64,000 nucleotides of DNA from contig CM120641.1 in NCBI GenBank assembly GCA_051362555.1, forward strand, positions 34,292,401-34,356,400, in the 5' to 3' direction. Every line of letters starts with the position of its first letter. Positions within the stretch are counted from its first letter, which is position 1. Both the position numbers and the translations under genes were made by a program. This document shows positions 1 through 38,550 of this stretch, piece after piece. This DNA comes from Lingula anatina (Eukaryota; Animalia; Brachiopoda). The notes beneath the pieces are model-generated. The model was not told where the DNA came from, did not search any database, and was given only the letters and a program-made list of their open reading frames with translations.

Positions 1-229
1 GAAGCCACTGGTATGTGCTCTGTTTTCAAGCAAGGTAAAGGGAAGTATGTGAAGAGACATACTAGTACATCTATAGTAAATAAAATGTTATGGTGATATC
101 TTTAAAATGCTTGCTTTTCATTTTAAAACAAACACATTTGAGTATTGCAGTATTGTAGAAGCAATGCAAAAGTATCTTTGAAAATAGTCCTGAGAAAATA
201 AAACATAATTGTCATCATACAACACAAAC

Positions 230-27385
<27,156 letters not shown>

Positions 27386-29224
27386 CTTGCACTTTAGTTA
27401 CAATATCATACAAATGTTGTAATTGCGGAAATCAACGTAGAGCTCCTTGCAGCCTCAAGTCAATACTCGTCCATATTTGTTGCCCTACACATGACCTTGA
27501 CATTGTTCCCCCTGGGTCATATTACTCTGAGCCCAATCATGGATATTGGCAACAGAAAGTGAACAAGATGTGTATTGTGCTCAAGGGAGAACACATTCAA
27601 GGCAGTGAAACGATATTTCCTTTTCATTCTTTTTCTATTTTTATACTCTCTTAAGACCACCGTAGGCCTATTCGGACTATTTTCTGATTTGTTTTCTTGA
27701 AATATTGCCTTCACAATTTTAGAAAATTAATTTCAAGTTATGGTGCTCTTATAGTTCTCGACATAATATCTAGATATTGGCCTGTGGTCTGTATTGGTGT
27801 TCATACATGAATTGAAAAGAAGCCTGTGCTTTTTAACACGTTTTTCGCAACCGGTATTCCATGTACCCCCCCCCCCCCCCCCCCCCCCCATATCTGGCTA
27901 GTTTCATTTTGCTTGCACGTTGTGTTAGAGAAGACACGATTGTTGTGCAGTATTAGTGTGCCTTCTAAACATTTCAAATCCCTCTTGTTGCAAGTCTCTA
28001 AAAAAGACACAAAGTGTTGGTAGGGCATAGGAATGTGGATTCATGGAAAAATCAAAATTGTGCTGTTTTTGGAAAATGATAGTCTTAAAATATTTTTAAG
28101 ACTCTCAAAGGCACATGTTAGCATAGACTACGTCTCTTCCATGCGGTTTATGTAGAATTAAATATTGCGGTTTTTCGAAGGAATAAGTTCTATATTTGAT
28201 ATTTTGTGATTATATTGGAAATGCATGTTGTTATACGTGGTTTCATTTAAATGTTTTTTAATATTTATATATCTATCTTAATTAGCCTATTAACAATGCC
28301 AGTGAATCTAGAAAGTTAAGGCGTCTACTTGTCTTACTTGATCACAGACGTAAAGAGAAGTCAGTTTATTCATTAAAGCATATATCTACGCCACTGTATC
28401 ATATATTGACCCTATCTATTGCTGCCATATCCTGGGTTTTAAGGGTTGTATAATATTTACAAAATGTCACCTGGAATAAAAAAAAAAAAAAAGCAAACCT
28501 GATGTCCAACAAAACTGAAGAAAGACAAAATATTTGACGTACCTATTGGTTCCAAAACCATTCGGCATAAAATTGTCCGAATGATATTGCTGTCTGCAAT
28601 TGAAGTGCCACAGCCTTTCAACCCCTTTGCAACGCATGCATCCACTCATTTCATTGTTTTCGAAGGGCAACTCTGGTTCCTGAAGGTGCAGCCACAGATC
28701 TTGCTTTTGGAAATGTCATTCCCTGCCTTAAATATGTCATTCTCAAGAATATAGCCAATCCATTTTTTTTGCACGAGTTCCCCTTGCAACTGTGTGCCTA
28801 AAATTCTGCCAAGCTTTGGCAATGTTCTCAACATAGGCACTTCTGTTGAGAATGAGAGACAAAAAAAGCAAATAAAAAACTACAGAAGTCAATGTGACGA
28901 CTGTGAAAATAGATATAAAAAGTCATAGTCCTGCCTAGCAAAATTCAATGTATCCGTCCATCCTGTACAGTGCCTCTTTATCTATCCTGTATTCTTTTCT
29001 TAATTCTGTAAAAGCTAAACTGCGTTCTACTTGTCGCAAGGTCCCTTTTGATAATCCTAATAATGTAAATTTAGTGCTTAGATAATTTTTCATGCCACCC
29101 TTTATTCCGCAGAGAATATGCCATCGTATAAGAAGTAATTTAGGGAGTAATGAGAAGCGAGTTCAGATATATATTTCTTGAGTTCAGGACAGGGAAGTCA
29201 AACAGTTCAGGATGGCATGGGTAT

Positions 29225-31571
29225 TTAGGACCGACGGTGTAAAACCGGTCGGCGAAGCACTGGCTGTTCTCTAGCACGTAGACGTCTGGCAGGATGGCGA
29301 AATTGTGGGCAGGATGGTGCTGGCTGCTGTGGTGGTGTTGGCACTAAAGGTGGCAAGAACCTGTCGTTCTGGTGTTGCCTGATGGTTGCGCTCTGGCGAG
29401 TCACTGGCCTGGCTTGTGCTGATGCAGGTGCTGGGGTCGCGGGTCTCAGGGGTGGCACATATGGTGGTGGGAGGGCACCTGCGGCTGGTTGCTGTGGTGG
29501 TGTTGGCACTAAAGGTGGCAATAACCTGTTGTTCTGGTGTTGCCTGGTGGTTGCGCCCTGGCGAGTCACTGGCCTGGCCTGTGCTGATGCAGGTGCTGGC
29601 GTCGCGGGTCTCAGGGGTGGCAGAAATGGTGGTGGGAGGGCACCTGCGGCTGGTTGCTGTGGTGGTGTTGGCTCTAAAGGTGGCAATAACCTGTTGTTCT
29701 GGTGTTGCCTGGTGGTTGCGCCCTGGCGAGTCACTGGCCTGGCTTGTGCTGATGCAGGTGCTGGCGTCGCGGGTCTCAGGGGTGGCAGAAATGGTGGTGG
29801 GAGGGCACCTGCGGCTGGTTGCTGTGGTGGTGTTGGCACTAAAGGTGGCAATAACCTGTTGTTCTGGTGTTGCCCGATGGTTGCGCTCTGCCGAGTCACT
29901 GGCCTGGCTTGTGCTGATGCACTCGCAAAAGCAGGTGCTGGTGTCGTGGTTCTCATGGGTGGCAGAAATGATGGAGTGAGGGCACCTGCGGCTGGTGGTG
30001 TCGGTGAGCCTTGTCTGCCGTTTGGACTACGCAGAGCGGTTGCTGCCTCTGGCTGGTGAGGTGTGGTAGTCAGGCGTGGCAGAGAGTGTGGTGTCTGGCC
30101 GTTGACGGAACCAGGCCTAGTGAATACCGACTCTTGCCGTACAGGTCTTGGCGTCAGGGGTGTGAGGGGCGGCAGCAACGATGGCGGAAGGGCACCTGAG
30201 GCTCTTGGCAAGTCCTGTCTCAGATTTAGACTATGCAGAGGGGCCATTGCCTCTGGCTGGCGAGGTACTGCAGCCAGGCGTGGCAGAGAGAGTGGTGTCT
30301 GCCAGCTAACGGTACCACCCCTAGTGGATACTGCCTCTAAACTTGCTACTGCTGGTGTCGATGGTCTTAGGTGTGGCAGATATAGTGGTCTCTCTCCGTG
30401 GCATGGTCTCCACTGACTTGTGGCCGTTTCTTGCAGAGGAGCTGAAGTCTGCTGTGGTGGAAACTGTAGGGTCAGCATGCGATCATGAGTACTCTCAGTG
30501 TGCACTCTGATTTTAGGGGGTGGGGATGGGACCAGACTTGGCATAGCCTGTGCTGCAAGGCCACTTGGGGGAGTCCGTATACCAGTCTTTTCATCTTCCT
30601 GTGGAGTGTCAGACTCCGGCAGATGCTGCAATTGTTGCTCGGCATCTGGGTTTAACTCGGCCACTCTGAACGCTGCGCGTGCCCTTCGTATGGAGGCGAG
30701 TGTTTTTATACATGTCAGATATTTGGGACATGGTCTTTGCTGAATTGGGGCAGGCTCCGAGGGTGGACAAGGAAGTTTGGTGTCGCTGCTTCTGCAGACC
30801 TGCTTGTGAGCAAGGTTAGGCGGTGCGGGAGCCGCTGAAGTGGATGATAGAGCCAGTGCCCGATGTACTGCCCTGGAGTATATTTCTGACCTGAGGCTGA
30901 ATCTAGTGGGAGTATCTTGTACCGAGTTGGGGATCTTAGCTGTTCTTGGTCTGGAGCTTGATCCGTTACAAGCTGACGACGGTAGAGGCGCCTGTGTCCG
31001 CCTAGGGATCCTTGAAGGAATTGCTGCCGACTTGGCATTATTTTGTGCTGGGCTGGTGACCCTGGATGCTGTGCGGCTTGAACCAGCAGCACTTGGCGGG
31101 CCGGTAGCAATATGTGTCGGCGCGGGAATCCTCGATGGTCTGAGACCATGCCCAGTAGCACCCTTCGGCTGAGGCTCAATAACAACAGAGGCCAGCCCTG
31201 GAGTACTTGATGGTCTGCGTGGCCCGTCAAAGCCAGGTGCTAGAAGAGCGTCTTCTTCTTTCTCATCGGGCACATTACCCAATGCGTATACCCAGAACTT
31301 CGCCGTCTTTAATTTCTTGTCAAGCTTGCGAATATAAAGAGGCAACGGCTGTGTATGTATCTTTTTTCTTTTGTCTGGAAAAGTAAAAACATTGTTTTTG
31401 TTTATAGACAAACTGTTGCCACTGGCCTTTCTCTGTACAAAATTTGAGTTTTTAACAGTGTATAGGCCATTTGGGTATCTACGTACGTATATTGTGTGCT
31501 AAATGCGAAAGCGTGCAATAATGAGTGTGCCCTACGTGTTCTAAGATATGTAATGAAGCAAAATTCCATTC

Positions 31572-31619
<48 letters not shown>

Positions 31620-34415
31620 GTCAATTAAATGTTTATATTTGCCAGTATAAGCAAACAATAATGTTTGCGCAATGTGAAAGCAATATTCAGCCTGATATGT
31701 ATACCCTTTGTTTTAACGTTTGTTAAAAAATCAAGATGCACTCATCTTTAAAAGGATAATAACTCTTCGTATGAGATCTATATTTCACAATAAAAACATT
31801 GTGAACAACTCATGGAAATATATTATATTCTGTTGCAGAAGAAAAACGGCAGTTATAGCTATTATTCTGATATCTTAGCTTGTCTTCAGAGTCAGACCAC
31901 GTGACCTCCATTGATGGCTATACTCTGTTATAATCTCTTAAGAGATTTTAACAAAAAACCAAACTTTTTTTAGAAAAAAAACCAGGGACTAACTTTGAAT
32001 GTAAAAATGGATTCATTAACCATTGGTAAGTATGGGAAAATTGTTGTTTACTCCAGGAAAATTCATTTATTGGCCAAAACGAAGAGTTATTATCCCTTTA
32101 ATTTTATTTCATTTATCTGTTTCATTTGACATGACATTTAAACACTAGCAATACTTACATGTGGACAAATCTTCACACGATAATTCGAACAATAAAAACC
32201 AGAAGTTTTCAAACTCCCTAAAAAAAAATAGAAGACATATAAAAGTGGTCAGGTACAACAACTGAGTGACAGCGACTGAACAATAATAAGCAATTATTAT
32301 CTGTTTAGTGATGTCATTTGACAAGAGCAAGCACGAAGGCTCCTTTCAAAATACCCACAAAATACAGTCAATTTGTTCAGATGGTGACCCAACCCTTGTC
32401 AATCTATATATCTTTAGGCAAATGTTATTCTTGCGTTCAATGCATATGCGTTTTACCAATTCTAAGACAATTCCCCCCAAAGAAAAACCCCAGCTTTCCA
32501 GGAAAGAAAATACACTGCTATTGATCTATTTGAGGCATTTATAAATGTGTTAAATATTTACAGAAAAGAGATAGGAGACAGAAAATGAAGTAAGAGCATT
32601 ATATTTGCTATTAATTACAATATTCAAGAAGTAAGAGCATCATATTAGCTATTACAAGACCTTAGAAATGACCTTAAATTATTAGAATTATGAAAAAATG
32701 ACTTCAAGAAGATACCTGGTTGTTGCAAACCTGTTGCAAATATAACGTTCTTAAAGGGAGAACTTCGATGTGTTTTAAATCAACTAACCTCCCTGAAAGT
32801 CCTTCTGGATATTTCTTGAGAAACTTGAGAATGAAGTTTGCACAGGCGTGGTACCAATACTCCCCTCGATTTTTATCTGAAAAACAAACATCTTGACATG
32901 GTTAAACGAATTTGTAAGAAAAAGAATTTTTATCAGTGTACATGTTATAATTATCGCTTACATTTTGTTAGGTTAATGTGTTTATGGTACTGAATATAAA
33001 ATTGTTTTGGGTTTAATAACCTTACAACTTATGCTTATGCAACTAAAAATATTTATACATGTGGACTAGTAAATGCTGCTTACAAAATGTAGGCTGGCCG
33101 TAGTTTTCGCTAATGCAAATTATTGCATCTTTGGCCTCACTAAGATGGAAGTGAAAAGAAAAAGAAAACAATAGAAGCTAGAAAAGGCAACAAAGTTAAC
33201 AATAAAGTTTAAATAAAAGCGAAAAAATGCGGAACTAAAAAGGGGGCTTCAATCAAGACGAAAAAAGCATTGATACATTAGATAGTGAAAATAGAAAGTT
33301 AAACAAAACAGATAACAGAACAGAAGTGATAGATATATTTGTACAATAAAAATACTTACCGTTCACCGATCTTAAGTGTGTAGCCCCGCAAAAATTTTCT
33401 CAGCAGCGTCGCAGTCTTTGAGTAACACTCCTACAGGATAAATACATAATTTTACTCATAAGTTAATAAGTGGTTGAAAAAGGACGTAATCTCAAAGGGA
33501 TGATTTCAACTTTTTATATAATAATGAATAAGATGCCAAACTAGTAATAGTTATCTCTCCATGTTTAGCTTCAAAGAACACTGTATCTGCTTTCGGTCAT
33601 CAATGTTTTCGATTCCCTTTTATTTTTATTATAATAATATCATTAATTATGGGCTTTCAATCACCAATGTGTTCATTCCCTTTCATTTGTTTCATATATA
33701 TATACCATTTAATCATGAGCCTTCAATCGTCAATGCTTGCTTTTCCTTTTCATTTATTACGTAAGATGCTTAATTATGTATCATTCAAATCAGTCTAACA
33801 GTCACTAGGAAAAGCATTTTAAATGTCGTTCGTTCATTCGTTGAATTTAAAACCATTTCGTAGAATTACCATATTGATTTGGGCAGCTTGAAGTCTTTCC
33901 CGCCGAGAAAGTTGGCAGCTTTCAGACTCACGCTCTGCATGCTTTTCCAGATCCATTCTCGCAATGGCATCCAAAAGAAGATACCGCTCTGTTGCGGCTG
34001 TGCAAAATAAATAGATATATAAATAAATTAATGAAGCAACAAACAACAATGCAAAAAAGGCGAAAAAATTTACAATAGTATATGGAAACGAAAGTCAGCG
34101 AAAACTGAATGAGTAGGCCTAAGCCTATTTACATTTGTTAGCGTTCAAAAGGTGATAAAAGCGTAGCTCCACCCATTTAACCTCTGAAATTGCATTACAA
34201 ACTTAAATTTTAAATCGGGTAGTGTTTAGGAGGCTAAAAATCTAGAGACAAGTTACTGAAAAATATGTTGTAGGACGACTTATTCAATTTTACAAACCTA
34301 AACAACTTTGCTGCAAATATAGAGTTAATTCCTTACCTTGTGCTCTTCTTTCTCGGAAATTATCTTTTCCCGCTTTACTCTTTGGTTGGTCTTTATCCAA
34401 ATTACTTCGATTCAT
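29225..34415 (-). CDS. Unrecognised 7-exon gene: ~300-aa N-terminal region plus Pro/Arg/Ser-rich disordered tail with SxIP motifs and 55-aa repeats (~992 aa if a 1-bp frameshift at ~31411 is corrected)
   Basis: Phase-consistent GT-AG exons 34337-34415 (ATG), 33870-33997, 33360-33430, 33084-33139, 32716-32876, 32359-32525, then 31540 to 29225. Translation MNRSNLDKDQPKSKAGKDNFRERRAQAATERYLLLDAIARMDLEKH…ECYSKTATLLRKFLRGY…YKNRGEYWYHACANFILKFLKKYPEG…, joining the 728-codon GC-rich ORF. The last junction is uncertain. Confidence 0.7.
29321..29997 (-). repeat. Coding tandem repeat, 165-bp (55-aa) unit, about 4 copies
   Basis: gagggcacctgcggctgg at 29471, 29636, 29801 and 29978 (spacing 165, 165, 177). 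Unit PAAGALPPPFLPPLRPATPAPASAQARPVTRQGATTRQHQNNRLLPPL(V/E)PTPPQQ. Confidence 0.95.
31752..32097. mobile_element. TTAA-flanked non-autonomous DNA transposon (Kolobok-like MITE)
   Basis: TIR A(A/G)GGATAATAACTCTTCGT at both ends; TTAA at 31748-31751 and 32098-32101. Confidence 0.75.
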
Positions 34416-34533
34416 TTTGTTCAGATTAATATCTGTATTTATAGGCTGATAAAGTACAATGTACATGTGCTAAAGTCACAAAGTCGTAACTGTTTGCTTG
34501 ACTTGCGCTTGACGCCCAAGTCACTGATATGTA

Positions 34534-34577
34534 TGACGTCACAGACAATGTCTCGCACGATTGGCGCAAAATTCAAA
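34534..34577 (-). promoter_or_regulatory. Putative proximal promoter of the orphan gene: CRE, CCAAT box, E2F-like and CHR-like motifs
   Basis: TGACGTCA at 34534-34541; on the minus strand TTTGAA-TTTTGCGCCAAT (34560-34577). CpG-enriched patch 120-160 bp upstream of the ATG. Confidence 0.45.
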
Positions 34578-36755
34578 TGATTCCGCAAAGAACATCGCAC
34601 AATCTAGAGTCGCTGCGTCCGCGGTGCTAAATAAAACCATTTATCATATAAATAAACTGATAAGTAAATTAAAAAATAAATAAAAACGAATCTATTATAG
34701 GCTCCATGCAGTACAAGGTTTTGAATTTTTATATTCTTTGCACACAAATCCAGTAACATGTTCCCGTGAATAATATTGCTCCCTGACAAGAATAGGCTAC
34801 GATGAAAGATGAGGGCTTTCAAGTCAAAATATCTCCAGGTTACAATTCAGCTATGAAATATGCTATGATATACAGGTATTATCACACGTTTCCATTCCGT
34901 TTTCTCTTTTATTTTCATTTTTAGGGAGTTTACCGGCAGAGCACCATATACTGTACATGCACATAGGGTAGAAAGAAACCATTCGGGCACATCTCAAGGA
35001 AGGCAGTCTTGGAAGATATCAATAATACTACAAAAATTAACCAATACACGTATGTGAAAAAAAATTAAATTAAATGAGAGTATTTTGTTTGCGACATCTA
35101 TAATATCTTTCGAAACTTCCGTTTTCTCAAAATTGGACGAAATGATGCAGAAAGTTGAATGATACGTAAACACGTAAACACCATGGACTGCACTTTTGCA
35201 CATTTTTATTTTATTAAATTGATTACTTGGAGTCTTTGGTAAATAAGTAGTTCAAATAAGGCAGATATATTGAGGTTCCTACTCAGCTAACAAAGGAATG
35301 CTCTAAGAAGAATCAGGGAACGTTAGGTTTATGCTAGGACAATAGGCTTGGCATATATTGTGTCCTAGGTTTATGTTACCCTAACGCTAGGAATAACGTT
35401 TGTAAAATATTCCCAGTAAAGTATGGCCATATAGACAATGTATGGACCTGTACGTCACCAGTGTATTTGTCTATTGGGAGTAATATAATTCCCATATCTT
35501 TATTATTTAAGGGTAGACCCTCATGCGGATAGGATCGTCAGATGACCGTGATTTATCATTCAACGTTACTCACATAACCAACCCACGTTCTATTGCTAGA
35601 CTTATTCACTCCTGTGTTAGCTGACCTTGCGAGCAAGTTAATTAGAATGTATTTCTAAAAGTAAAGTAAAAACAATCCACTAGTCCGCCATTAACACCAA
35701 ACAATTATAAAGATTACTTAAAAAGACATTTTTTTAAAGGTCGTCACTGTATTGCTGTCTATTTAATCTTTCCCGGAAGTAATAAACAGTGGGTGGTTTA
35801 TTCAGTTTAATTCAGTTTAATTTTTTCACCACAGTTTTAAGTTTTTGCCGGTGAAGGGCACCGAAAAAATTTGGTATTTAAGAGGGCGAACGGTGCCATC
35901 TGGTATGGTTTAGAACTATGACACAGGAAGTCAAAATTCAAATTTCACGAGGGGACCATTGGGGTTGTTTTTTCAGTATTCCAAAGAGGGGTCAGGACTC
36001 CCCTGACCCCCCCCCCCTTAATCCGCCACTGACATGTTGGTAATTTCAGGAATCTACCGACAGTATATTTTGATATTAAATAATGTGAGAACGTTTTAAA
36101 CACGCTACATATGATCATTTAAGTTGAGAAAATTGTGGAGGTGCAAGGTCTGAAATCGTTTTTCCGTGTTTATTTTCTAATAATAACAAGAATGTATAAT
36201 TATTAAATCTCATCCAGATTTATTCACGTTAATACTATTCGGATCAATGAAAATAACAGTTGTCGTGTTTCAGAAAAACGTTCACTTAACTTTTGATGAG
36301 GGTCTAACCCATATATAAAGGCTCTGTCACACCTAGCGTAAAGAGATACGTATGAATATCATATGGACCACAATGGAAATAAGTTTTATACTTTATTGTG
36401 TAATCAATGCAGTTATAATGTTTTTTTTATGAATAAAATTCTATATATAAGATTCATTTTAAATATGAAATAAATCAAATCAAATAAAAAAATTTGACAT
36501 CGAATATACGCACAACTTTGAGTGTATGTGAAGGCCACTGAATTTATGGAACATTCGTGAACAGTTTCACTAACAACCTCTCACATAAAATGAGCTATTC
36601 TTGTTGTGATTTGCATAACAATAATTTGCTCATCGTCGTGCGAGCTGTCTTCCCGGATGCTCACTAGCTTGACAGTGTTGGACAGAGTCGGGTATAGACG
36701 CGACAGTATGTGTAGTGCAGTCACAAGGTCTAGCTTTTACAAGGCGTAGAAGCAA

Positions 36756-37122
36756 ATGCAAATGTTTGTGAGTATTATTTTTTCTTCAGTAGCCACTGCC
36801 TTTTACGACAAATATTTATGCCACAAGCCCTTGTACTACTATTCCCTATGCACCCAGAATTGTAGAATTTATTGGTTACAATGCATTGGGACTCAAAATG
36901 CACGGGATGAACGGCGCTCTCATCTGACTTTTGATGATAATAAGTCAATTGACACGCACGCCATTTCATTTGTAAGTACCCTCTCCTCTGTGATATTGCA
37001 TGCATTATTTGTATGTTAAAAGCCTGTCCGTTTAGTCTAAAGTTGTACACATTATTTTCTCCTTTCAGGAGCTCAACAAGATTCTGCACAACATGCACCT
37101 AAAAGCAACCTACGGTGTCTAG
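36756..37122 (+). CDS. Candidate small Cys-containing, possibly secreted peptide (89 aa, 2 coding exons: 36756-36971 and 37069-37122)
   Basis: TTT|gtaagt donor and ttttctcctttcag acceptor define a 97-nt phase-0 intron; AATAAA at ~37186. Sequence MQMFVSIIFSSVATAFYDKYLCHKPLYYYSLCTQNCRIYWLQCIGTQNARDERRSHL…ELNKILHNMHLKATYGV*. Confidence 0.45.
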
Positions 37123-37984
37123 CTTTTGTTTCACTCAAAGGAACAACAAGTTCATGATCATCCGTGGATCTGATATGAAAGCTGAATAAATACTTGTAAT
37201 CCGGCGTTTTTTTATCGTTTTGCAATGAAATTATAATGTTAACGATAGTAGTTATGGTAAGAGGAAATGAGTTTTATTATTTCGTTTTTGAGGACTTTCA
37301 AATTAGCTAAATCTGATCTGTAAATAATTTTGGTGATTGACAGTATTGTATGGTAACTAAAATTAGAAAAGTTGAAAAATGCCCAGTATTTTATGTAAAT
37401 GGAATTTGAACATTCAAGCTGTTTTAGCACACTAAAAGAAAATTTCTCAAAGTTTCAAACAACCAACATTTATAGATGTGTATATATTTTTTAATTTCAC
37501 ATTTAATTTTTGTTCTATAGTAAAATGCACTGAAGTCATTTGTCCTGGATATAATTTTCCTATTTATCCTTATATAGTACAGGGCCATTTTGAAAGGATC
37601 TGTTTTTTGTTTCCATGAATTGATTTATGTTTGATGACCTTATCTTCGTACGAATACTTCTATTTGGTATTTAAACAGAAAAATAAAAAAGCAAAAAGAT
37701 CCTAATGCAACCTCAAACCACGTTTTTTCATGGCAACAGTTAACTTTGCTCAAAATTCATTTTTTGAGAGTGTAACGGAACACATTTTCCATTCCTGTTC
37801 TCTGAATCAAATTGACATAATAAGAAATAATATGCCAAATATGTATTTTTGATTCCTTCGTGTATTTTTGTGGCCAATTTGGAATTTCACGAACTCCTAA
37901 ATGCTCAGCAAGCAAAGTTTTCTTGTACTGAATTATGGAATAGCTATATTTAAGATCCTTCAAATAAAATTAACTTGGAACACA

Positions 37985-38550
37985 TGCCACCTCTCCAATG
38001 AAATGGACTCATCTGACATCCCCTTCAATAGAATGGACTTAATTCACCTATCACCCTCGAATGGAATGGACTTGCCCAACCTGACACCCCTTCTGATCAA
38101 ATTGCCTCGTCCCACCTGACACCCCTAATTTTGAATGGACTTGCCCCACCTGACACCCCTTCTGATCAAATTGCCTCGCCCCACCTGACACCCCTTGTTT
38201 GGAATGGACTTGCCCCACCTGACACCCCTTCTGATCAAATTGCCTCGCCCCACCTGACACCCCTTGTTTGGAATGGACTTGCCCCACCTGACACCCCTTC
38301 TGATCAAATTGCCTCGCCCCACCTCACACCCCTTGTTTGGAATGGACTTGCCCTACCTGACCCCCCCCCCCTGTAATAGAATGGACTCGCCCCACTTGAC
38401 ACCCCTTTCCAATGGAATAGGCTCGACCCACGTGACACCCCTCAAATGGAATAACCTCGCCCAACCTGACACCCCTCAGATGAAATGGACGTGGTAAACC
38501 TGACTCCTTTTTCAATGTTATGAACTACAATGGAATGGACTCACTCCACC
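37985..38550. repeat. Minisatellite with a 69-bp dimeric unit and degenerate ~32-35-bp monomers on the flanks
   Basis: ggaatggacttgccccacctgacaccccttctgatcaaattgcctcgccccacctgacaccccttgttt repeated about 4 times (period 69, e.g. 38201 to 38270). Confidence 0.92.

Noticed and set aside
27486-27496. CACATGAC E-box (CLEAR-like) upstream of VPS13
   Set aside because: A single short motif that could easily occur by chance.
29382-31172. Plus-strand and alternative-frame ORFs over the Pro-rich exon
   Set aside because: Shadow ORFs of GC-rich repetitive coding sequence, with no independent splice or start support.
36775-37098. 107-aa minus-strand ORF
   Set aside because: Antisense to the better-supported spliced plus-strand model, with no recognisable motif.
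38050-38500. CRISPR-like repeat/spacer appearance and short repetitive ORFs
   Set aside because: The apparent spacers are themselves repeated, there are no cas genes, and the context is eukaryotic. It is a minisatellite, and the ORFs are by-products of a period divisible by 3.
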